Source: Epithemia pelagica
Lineage: Eukaryota; Protista; Bacillariophyta
Assembly: GCA_946965045.2 (NCBI GenBank)
Contig: OX337234.1
Coordinates: 3,534,001 to 3,598,000, forward strand
Reading direction: 5' to 3'
DNA length: 64,000 nt
A model generated the notes under the pieces. That model did not search any database, was not told the origin of the DNA, and saw only the letters and a program-made list of their open reading frames with translations. A program made the position numbers and the translations under genes. This document shows positions 55,901-64,000 of the stretch, one piece after another; within the stretch, counting starts at the first letter, position 1; every line of letters begins with the position of its first letter.

Positions 55901-56737
55901 TTAGAGAATCACTTGCAAATGCCGTTTGAGGCGTTCCTTGCGCTCCGGAACGTGTCCCGAGGTGTCCAGGTCGTAAAATTGCAAAAGAGCATCCACTTGG
56001 GCTCCCGTTGCATCGTTCAAGGCATGATCGTCGTCCGGGAACCACAAGTTGTGCTGCGGCGCATTGGGAAAGATTCCGTCCGACGTTCGAATCAAAGGTT
56101 GAATCCGATCTCTAGTGTACCGCCGGGACCGATTCATGGATCGTGCGCTTTCTTCCTGGAGGAGCCAACGCAAATTCCGATTTTGTTGCTGCAATTGTTG
56201 CTTCAAATCCTGATTTTGTTGCTGCAATTGTTGCTTCAAATCCTGATTTTGTTGCTGCAATTGTTGCTTCAAATCCTGATTTTGTTGCTTCAAATCCTGA
56301 TTTTGTTGCTTCAAATCCTGACTTTGTTGCTGCAATTGTTGGTTCAAATCCTGATTTTGTTGGTTCAAATCCTGATTTTGTTGGTTCAAATCCTGATTTT
56401 GTTGCTTCAATTCCTGATGTTGTTGCCCCAATTGTTGCTTCAAATCCTGATTTTGTTGCCGCAATACCTGCGCCCACTCCGGCGTTGCTGCGCCATTGAA
56501 ATGAGCCGATTCCACTGGGTGCGTTCGGCGCTTGGACGCCATGAGTTTGGCTGGGGTGGCGAGTGCCTGTGCGGGATTGGCCAACGCCAAGCGTTTGCGT
56601 GTTGTATGCTGAAGTCGGGCTGCATTTATATCTAGATCATTCAAAGGACTTGCAGCAGCAATTCCAGCTGCAGAGTTATCGTTCACTCCGGATTCCAAGG
56701 GCGGTAAAGGAGGTATAGTCGTTGGATAGTGCGCCAT
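55901..56737 (-). CDS. Coiled-coil (QQNQDLK repeat) protein with a Mug135-like C-terminal domain, ~278 aa
   Basis: 21- and 33-bp coding repeats (QQNQDLK, QQLQQQNQDLK); C-terminus IQPL...WFPDDDHALNDATGAQVDALLQFYDLDTSGHVPERKERLKRHL resembles the fungal Mug135_C/DUF1773 pattern as I recall it; intronless. Confidence 0.7.
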   Translation of the reverse strand: MAHYPTTIPPLPPLESGVNDNSAAGIAAASPLNDLDINAARLQHTTRKRLALANPAQALATPAKLMASKRRTHPVESAHFNGAATPEWAQVLRQQNQDLKQQLGQQHQELKQQNQDLNQQNQDLNQQNQDLNQQLQQQSQDLKQQNQDLKQQNQDLKQQLQQQNQDLKQQLQQQNQDLKQQLQQQNRNLRWLLQEESARSMNRSRRYTRDRIQPLIRTSDGIFPNAPQHNLWFPDDDHALNDATGAQVDALLQFYDLDTSGHVPERKERLKRHLQVIL

Positions 56738-57538
56738 GGTGTCAATGGTCACTGCCACAGCGATGCGAGAGGATGTGACATGATGTGACACTCTACGAAT
56801 TGTTAGGAAATGTTTGCGGTTGGCCCTCTGCCAACAGCGCGCCGGCTACTCACGGTCGGTCACGGAACTATTGGGTGAGCGCACGCATGGGATCAGCGCG
56901 CCTGTAGTACGTTTGATACGCGCAGGCCGAGGGAGTGCCATGCTTAAAAGAAGATAATACTTTTTTCCAGCCAATAGTACTGTTTGTTGTAGAGAATCTA
57001 TTTGGTCGTGGTCTTCTTCCCGAATCCTTTTTCGAAGTTGGTCCAGTGCCGAATCTCTCCTCTGGCGATCCAAAGAGGACAACGACGAGGAGCGCCACAG
57101 GATACCAACGGACGGTGTGGTGAGGTGGTGAGAGCGAAAACGGGGTGCACCAAGAACTATCTCCGATCGTCAATCTATGCGTGTCATCGCGTGGTTGTGG
57201 TTTGCCGCAATCGTGGCTCTACATTTTTTGTGAGGGTGGTCATTCATCTCTAGCTATCTACCTGCGTGGTTGGTGGGTCTCTTGGAACGACGACGGCCTC
57301 CTGCCTTCCTCCATCCTTTGGTTTTTTGCGTTTGAAAAACCATTGTGAAGAACCAACGTCTCTTGACCAAAAACGATTCTTCGGAAAGGCTTGGCAGAAC
57401 TTAAAAGTGTCCTCTGATTCGTTCCAAAGGCAACCAAGTCGCTCTAGTAGTACACCGATTCGTGTCGAACCGCCCAACCCTCCTCTCTCGTGCCAACGAC
57501 AACGACACTACAACACTCCAATCAACATCATCAACATC

Positions 57539-57871
57539 ATGGCTGGAACAAGTACGAAAAAGCAAAGCATGCAATTATTGGGAGCCTCCAAAAAGCAATT
57601 GGTCCAAGACTTGCAAATTTCCTGGAAAGATGCCAGTGCCTTGTTGCAAGAGGCTCAAGCCAAATTGGGTCAAGCCCATGTCGCGGACAATCCGCAAGCC
57701 GTTGTTCAACAAGCCCACGAATTGTATCAACAACAACAAAGTGGCAAAACCAAGAGCATTGTGGAAGAAACTGATAAGTCAGTGATGGAGGAAACTCTTC
57801 TAGTGGATCCCGTCAAACCAAAGGAGGACGGTCCCAAACTCTGTGAAGGACAACAATGTATGATTCTTTAA
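57539..57871 (+). CDS. Small helical protein with a C-terminal CaaX prenylation motif (CMIL), 110 aa
   Basis: ATG at 57539 follows a CA-rich leader; helical UBA-like N-terminal half; ends CEGQQCMIL-stop. Confidence 0.7.
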   Translation: MAGTSTKKQSMQLLGASKKQLVQDLQISWKDASALLQEAQAKLGQAHVADNPQAVVQQAHELYQQQQSGKTKSIVEETDKSVMEETLLVDPVKPKEDGPKLCEGQQCMIL

Positions 57872-58499
57872 CACCAGACGACACCAAGAATGAAAAAAAC
57901 AGGGAACCACACTCGGAAATGAGCAACCAACATATGTGTAATTAGCGAGTTTGCTCTTCTTGCCCTTTGTGGCAACCGCAAGGACACTCTCTCCGTACAA
58001 CAATGGCAGCACTGTCGATCCAGTATATTCTCTATGTAAACATCGCTCGGAATGATGCCACAGAACCTTCTTTTCTTGTTCTTCTTCTTTTGGCAAGTGT
58101 GTTTGGTCCATGGTTTGGAGAGCCAGAGAGAGAGAGAGAGAGATACTGCCTGGAACCGTGAGATACCACTCGCCATTTCACGCCACGCAGTGAGCGGTCC
58201 GTCGGTCCATGGGTGAAATGTGGGTCTCTCTCTCTCTCTCTTTCTTGGGTGTCTCTTTCCTTTCCTCTCTCTCTCTCTCTCTCTCTCTCTTGCTCGCTTG
58301 CCTCCCCTGTCGCTTTGTTGGTGTCTGTCATGTGTGTGTGTGTATATGGGTGTGTGTGTACTTGCCAGACGGCGAATGCCTCGGTGTGTCTACGAGGGAC
58401 CATGTCGTGTCGTCGCCATGGTGGTAGTGTGTGTGTGTGTGTGCGCGCTGTGGAGTGGAGTGTTGTGTGGTTGGAACTGCGGTTCCTCCATCCTCCGGT

Positions 58500-60050
58500 T
58501 CTTCTTCCAGGACGGACAAGCAGCCGCCGAACCACCACCGGACGCGTCCACAAACCACCACGTCTTGGGGTGGGTTGGTTGGTTTGGGGGGTGTCGTCTG
58601 CCCACCAAACAACAAACCACACATTCCTTTACACGCTTCCATGTCGTTCTTGTCCTGGTCGTTTTGGCCAGGCCGTTTCGGTCCAGACTCTTGTGTGTGT
58701 TTCGCCGGGTGTTTCTTCTTGCTCCCGTATTCGTTGTATTCTTAGAGAAACCAAACCACAAGGTCGCGTTTGGTTCCACTCGTTTCTATATATACCTACC
58801 AATCTCTAGAGCAATAGCTAGTAGAGAGTGGTCTATTCGAATGTGGATGGATTCGACGACGATGCCGTGCGAGCTGTTCTACTCTATTCTGCTATTATAC
58901 ACTCGTCGAACGAGAGTTCCGATCTGTATGGACTGTCTGTTCCCACACCTCTCTATACTCTAGGAGTCGTAGACTGCATACTCCTCACTCCTCCTCGTTG
59001 TACGCTCACAACCGATGGTCGCCCATCTCATAGAGAAAAGCTCTCCTCCTTTCCCATTGGTGGAATAGCAAGCATATAGCAGAGACGCTCTGTGGCACGG
59101 GCGTGGTCCCCCCATCCAGACGCCCAAGCGTATCGGCACTCGAGAGTCCTGTTTTGTACTTTGACGTCCGAGCTCTCTCTCTCTTGCTCGCTCGCTCCCC
59201 TCTCGTTGTTCGGGTCGTTCTTCTTGTGAGTCGTGTGCAATGCAATCCTGTGTAGGCCAATCACACGGTCCTCTTGTTTGGTTGTGGTGAGTGTCGTTGC
59301 TCCGTTTCGTCGTCCGAATGGTGGTGGTGGTGGTGGTGGTGGTGGTGTGTCCATGTGTATAGTGTCCTCTTCCTACCTAGATCCATGTTGGTTGGTTCGT
59401 TCTTCCAGGAGAGAGAACAAGAGAGTCCACACCACACAAGAGGACGCGTCCACCACGTTGGGGCTGGTTGGTTGGTTGGTTGGTTGGTTTGGGGAGTGCC
59501 CACCCAAACAACCACACACCAACACGCACACACGCTTTGTCGTCGTTGTTGTCGTTTGGAAAAAGGCTCTTGTTCCAGACTCTAGTAGTGTGCGTTTCGG
59601 GTCTCTCGTTCTTGCTCGCGCGCGCTATTGGATTTGCGTTGTATATTCTTTGGAGGAACCAAGGTCGTTGCGTTTGGTTCCACTGTCGTTTCTCTATAGG
59701 TACCCAGGTATCTCTACTAGAGCTATAGGTAGTAGAGGGAGTGGTATTCGAATGTGGATGGATTCGACGATACCGGCTCTACCATTCGATACTCGTCGAA
59801 CCAGAGTTCCGATCGGAAGGGACAGTGTTCCTACCTCTCGATACTCTAGAACCAGGAGTAGTAGGGTGCATACTCCTCCTTCTATAAAAGATACAGCCGT
59901 GCTCTATACTATCATGTCCCCTCATATCTCCTCCTTTCCCATTGGTGGAATAGCCAGCCTAGCAGACGCGCTCTGGCACAGTGTGTGGATCGTGGTCCCC
60001 CCAGAACGACTCTCTAGCGTTTCATGTATGGGCGCTCGAGAGTCCTATTC
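58500..60050. repeat. Diverged non-coding tandem duplication (~650-bp units, ~900-bp offset)
   Basis: Copies ~58500-59160 and ~59400-60050 share identical 25-bp (58835/59746) and 28-bp (59042/59927) blocks plus several shorter colinear blocks. Confidence 0.85.
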
Positions 60051-60315
60051 TATAGTGCAAACTCCTGGTCCGCATCCAAGACGAGCGACTACTTCACATC
60101 GCGATAGGACGTACGTTGCGGCGGAGGACAAATTTGGTCCTGTTTTCTTCGTCTGTTGTTTTCTTTCGTTGTATCATCTTACAGTCTCGTCGTCGTGGGA
60201 ACAACACCAACCAACCAACCACACAATTACAATCCTCCAACAGTAGCATCCGCCTCTCCTCTCTCTCTCTCTCTTCTCTCTACCAATCAATATTCACTCA
60301 TCTTTGAATGCCTGC

Positions 60316-63300
60316 ATGTTGTCATCGTCGTCGTTGATTCCCATGGATCCTCAGTTATTCGTGCCACCACCGCCGACAACAAGCCCACGACGACACGACC
60401 ATTCACAAGAAGCACCTCAAGAACCACAAGAATCACAACCACAAGAAGAAGAAGAAGCTGTTTCCAATCCGGAGGATCATCCTCGCTTGTCACCAGCACC
60501 ACCCGTCTTGTCGTCGTCGTCGTCTCCTCCGCTCCTCCAGGGCTGGTTGTGGAAACGTCGCGATGTCTTTCGGTATCGATGGCGACCCCGATGGTTTGTC
60601 TTGAATCCACACAGGGGAACCTTGACCTATCATGTTGTCGTCCATACAAATACAAATGGAACCATCCTGACGACGAATGATGATTCTTCCAGGAGTACCG
60701 AGAGGAGCGTGAGCCATACTCCGACTCGGTCGGCGGCTGCGACGAATAGGGCGGCGTTGGACGACCATAACCACACCAATCACAATACCAACAATACCAA
60801 TCCCAACAATCCCTTTGCGACACCGCCACGAACCAACACGGGGCGTTCCACGACGGTCCATTCTCCCTCCTCCACGACAACGACCAGTACGAACCACAAC
60901 ATGGCATCTTCGGCTCAAGGACTCTTGTCCGATTTGAGTTTTCAAACGGGTGCTGCTGCGACGACTGCCACTCCGAATACTCCTGGTTCTGTCGGTTCCT
61001 TGCCAGTGCCGTCATTGTTGCCTCCTCCCCGAGGATGGTTTGACTTGTGGGGCAGCAATCGCAACAGTCCAACGGTTGAAGTTCAGGAGGCCTTGTCCAA
61101 ACCCGACTTTTTTGTCTTTACCGTGACCGTATCCTCCTCGGACCGCAATACCACTATTCCACTCCAACGATCCTACAGTGAAATCATGAGTCCGTCCTCG
61201 TCGTCCAGTCTCTTGACGCCACGAACCTCCAACCACCGACGGAATGCGCCCTCCACAATGACCATGACAACAACAACAACACCGGCTTCCACTCCAATGG
61301 CCTCCTCTTCCTCCTCGCAGTATCCACTGTACTTGGCAGCTCCCACCCAAGCCTTGCGAACGGAATGGATGCAAGCGATTCAACGCGTCTTGGACTCGGG
61401 TCCGCCGTCGGACGAGGGTCGTCGTTGCATGCCGCCACCAGTACCAGTACCATCCCAATCGTTGGGCAGCGTACGGACGCAATCTGATTCGGTCGGGCAA
61501 TTGCAATCACCACCACCAGCACCACCACCACACTCATCCGTAGCATTCTCCTCGTCTCGGACTCGTGGTGCTGGTCATGACGACGACGACAACAACTTAT
61601 TGCTGGCCTCGACGAATCATGACAACCAGACACAAACCACAAGCACCACCACAAGACCAATAAGCAGCAGCAGTACTACTAGTAGCAGCGCGACGACGAC
61701 CACCGCCCAGGCCACTGCAACGACGACAAGCACGAATGAGTGGGGTGATGGGTCCGTGGCTCGAGGGGAATCCACACTACCACCACCACCAACAACAACA
61801 CCATCCACGACACCAACATTGACCAATAGTACGACCACTAGGACGACACGGCAGGCCGCGCCGTCCACCGTCGAATCGTCGTCGTCAAACAACCTTGCGT
61901 CCGACTTGGAATCGAGCATTCAATCCACGATTCAAACCTACCTGCCACACTTGCGACAAGCCTCCCAGTTTATGACCAATCACCATGCCAACAATAACAA
62001 CAACAACAACAACAACAACACGAGATCCAAGGAGGACTGGAAAGCTGTTCCGGCGGCGCAAATGTCGCAAGCCGCCTCGGAATCCTCCTCCTCTTCTTCT
62101 TCTTCTTTTGGTTCTCGTGTCACCAACTTGCAAGCCTGTACCAAACAGGCGCGACCACCCATGATTGTCTCCGACTCGGGGGCCAACACCAACACGAATA
62201 AAAGTTTGACGTGGATTGCCACGCAGGCCACGGTCCATGGCATGACTCCCGTCCAACTCGTGCCGTTCGTGGTCCATCCGTGGCATCGTCCCCAGTACGA
62301 ATCCACGTGTACCAGCGCCGCCCCTTTGCACGAGTACGACACCAACACTTCCACAACGACAACAACGGCCTTACAGATTTATCACTATGCCTCGCATTGG
62401 TTGTTTCCACGATCCGTCGCCTGTTTTGTGCATTGGACGACAACCAATAACAGCAGCAGTCTGGACGAATTCCAATTCCAATTACATCCAAACGATGATA
62501 CGGTAGACAATTCTTCTTCCTGCAACCGCCAATCCATTTTGATTGTGGCCGCCTCCTGTCCACAAGCCAGTCACGCCTGGCAACAACAGCAACAACAACA
62601 ACAAACACAAGAACAACAATCACAACCGCAAGGTAATACCTCTGCATCATCATCACCCGCAACGCCCTCCAAGGAAGCGCACTTGCACGTGTCCATGACC
62701 TGGTTGCAATGGATGGCATCGTCGTCGTCGGGGGAACCCACGACTCGATGGTCGCGATTGGTCGTATTGGATCCCCAGGTTCCCAAATGGGCCACGGGCA
62801 TGGCCCAAACAACCTTGATTCCCTTGCAATGTCAAGTGCCGTACCGGTTGGTCCATCATGCGGCTACTGTCCTACAACAACACGAACACGAACCAGAATC
62901 CGGACCAGACAACAACAACGGGGAGGAAAAATGCACTCGTACGGCCATTGCCCAAGCCTTGGAACGTGACCGGCGTCGTGCACATGGAGGAACGGCCGAG
63001 GGTACCTCCAACACCACGACCATAACAACAACAACATCAACAACAACAACGCCGACGGACCAAAGGGAAAGTGAGACTCATCAGACGACGACGACAAGTG
63101 TCAACAATGACATCGAAGAAACCGACCAACAGCAGGAATCGCAATCCGACAACAAGGTACCCCAATCTACGAATACTACTACCCCACGACAAGACTTGAT
63201 TCAACCGCCGTCCATTGTGTGGCAAGCCACCTGCCTCTTGTTTCCCAGTGTCTTGTACTATGTCACGATTTACATGACAACAATGTCCCTCCCCATTCCC

Positions 63301-64000
63301 TGGCTTTTCCTGGCATTTCGGGACAGTCTGCACACGGTTTTGCAGTTGCCCCCGCAGTGGTCCTTGTGGTTGTTTGTTGTCAGTGTCTGGTACAGTTGGC
63401 GCTTGTGGGTCTTGGCACATTATCAGGTTCTGGTTGCTACTGGGAATGACCAACCATCCTCGTGTCACAATGACGACGACGAGGACTTGGTAGCAAGCAT
63501 GTCGTGTCAGTTCATGGTGCAGGTCAAGGGTAGTTTGCGATATATTAGCAATCAAAAAGAAGAACAGGCATTGGCCGGACATGCCGCCGCCGCTCGCACA
63601 GGGAATGCTGCGGCGGTCGATTCTCCCACCGCCTCGGTTTCCATGGTCCACATTGTCGCGTCCGCCGTGGCACGTGTGTGGTCCAAACACTTGAAGCAAC
63701 AACAATTGAAGGTGAATGGAAGACAATGTCGCACATTGCGGGTGCCTTGGTTGGCCCTGGATCATACCGTGGTGGATTCTCCTACGAGCAACGACGCGGA
63801 CGAACCAGTCACGGTGGCAATCTTGTTTCCTCCCACCAAAATCACTGTGCCTTCATCTACCAATAGTACCGCCAAGGAAAGTCACAACCACCAAGACGAC
63901 AATACAAAACAACCGTCCTTCTTTATCCAACCCAGTCGACGAGTGGTGGTGCGGAATGCCAATCGTTGTTCGGTCCAAGACATTGCCAATGCTTGTGCCC
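60316..64000 (+). CDS. PH-START-TM-2-oxoacid dehydrogenase acyltransferase-like fusion (partial, >1228 aa, continues past the window)
   Basis: Frame open from ATG 60316 to the window end (checked codon by codon). PH: LLQGWLWKRRDVFRYRWRPRWFVL ... YLAAPTQALRTEWMQAIQ; START-like: WIATQATVHGMTPVQL...RPQYE...LDPQVPKW; TM helices ~63220-63420; E2-like: VSMVHIVASAVARVW...VNGR...VVVRNANRCSVQDIA. Confidence 0.8.
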   Translation, partial: MLSSSSLIPMDPQLFVPPPPTTSPRRHDHSQEAPQEPQESQPQEEEEAVSNPEDHPRLSPAPPVLSSSSSPPLLQGWLWKRRDVFRYRWRPRWFVLNPHRGTLTYHVVVHTNTNGTILTTNDDSSRSTERSVSHTPTRSAAATNRAALDDHNHTNHNTNNTNPNNPFATPPRTNTGRSTTVHSPSSTTTTSTNHNMASSAQGLLSDLSFQTGAAATTATPNTPGSVGSLPVPSLLPPPRGWFDLWGSNRNSPTVEVQEALSKPDFFVFTVTVSSSDRNTTIPLQRSYSEIMSPSSSSSLLTPRTSNHRRNAPSTMTMTTTTTPASTPMASSSSSQYPLYLAAPTQALRTEWMQAIQRVLDSGPPSDEGRRCMPPPVPVPSQSLGSVRTQSDSVGQLQSPPPAPPPHSSVAFSSSRTRGAGHDDDDNNLLLASTNHDNQTQTTSTTTRPISSSSTTSSSATTTTAQATATTTSTNEWGDGSVARGESTLPPPPTTTPSTTPTLTNSTTTRTTRQAAPSTVESSSSNNLASDLESSIQSTIQTYLPHLRQASQFMTNHHANNNNNNNNNNTRSKEDWKAVPAAQMSQAASESSSSSSSSFGSRVTNLQACTKQARPPMIVSDSGANTNTNKSLTWIATQATVHGMTPVQLVPFVVHPWHRPQYESTCTSAAPLHEYDTNTSTTTTTALQIYHYASHWLFPRSVACFVHWTTTNNSSSLDEFQFQLHPNDDTVDNSSSCNRQSILIVAASCPQASHAWQQQQQQQQTQEQQSQPQGNTSASSSPATPSKEAHLHVSMTWLQWMASSSSGEPTTRWSRLVVLDPQVPKWATGMAQTTLIPLQCQVPYRLVHHAATVLQQHEHEPESGPDNNNGEEKCTRTAIAQALERDRRRAHGGTAEGTSNTTTITTTTSTTTTPTDQRESETHQTTTTSVNNDIEETDQQQESQSDNKVPQSTNTTTPRQDLIQPPSIVWQATCLLFPSVLYYVTIYMTTMSLPIPWLFLAFRDSLHTVLQLPPQWSLWLFVVSVWYSWRLWVLAHYQVLVATGNDQPSSCHNDDDEDLVASMSCQFMVQVKGSLRYISNQKEEQALAGHAAAARTGNAAAVDSPTASVSMVHIVASAVARVWSKHLKQQQLKVNGRQCRTLRVPWLALDHTVVDSPTSNDADEPVTVAILFPPTKITVPSSTNSTAKESHNHQDDNTKQPSFFIQPSRRVVVRNANRCSVQDIANACA

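Noticed and set aside
56846-57082. 78-aa minus-strand ORF with a helical-looking segment (DSALDQLRKRIREEDHDQIDSLQQ)
   Set aside because: Non-ATG start, no family recognised and no supporting exons.
57250-57477. LGCLWNESEDTFKF, resembling a BEL/Pao pol motif
   Set aside because: The following FDPLG-type motif is absent, there is no other retroelement sequence, and it overlaps the leader of the CaaX gene.
57868-58809. Several 100-250-aa ORFs over GA/CT/GT microsatellites
   Set aside because: Translations are dominated by dinucleotide repeats (ERER, SLSL, CVCV, HTHT), typical of UTR or promoter sequence here.

Overview
This is eukaryotic nuclear DNA, most consistent with a (probably pennate) diatom: short GT-AG introns, microsatellite-rich UTRs, a receptor guanylyl cyclase-phosphodiesterase fusion, a DUF1800-DUF1501 fusion and a CoDi-like copia element. 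The species cannot be determined from the sequence. Gene models were reconstructed by hand from splice sites and reading frame. In order: GC/PDE (-); a membrane-anchored S8 subtilase (-); four small secreted precursor-like genes carrying RXL motifs (Lys-rich, poly-Glu88, 6-Cys, small Lys/Gly-rich), interleaved with a COG0523/CobW GTPase, a Harbinger-type MITE and a Kelch pseudogene; an intact 9,064-bp Ty1/copia element with AG...CT LTR ends, a CCTAC target-site duplication and an ~850-aa gag-protease insert; an aldo-keto reductase (-); a WW-domain protein (+) facing a ~3,005-aa WW-WW-TM-DUF1800-DUF1501 protein (-); a mucin-like Pro/Ser repeat protein (-); a 155-bp tandem repeat; a heptad-repeat protein with a Mug135-like C-terminus plus its frameshifted paralogue; a small CaaX protein; a diverged non-coding duplication; and a PH-START-TM-acyltransferase-like ORF (absent from the supplied ORF track) that runs off the window end. 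All domain names come from motif recognition, not database searches.
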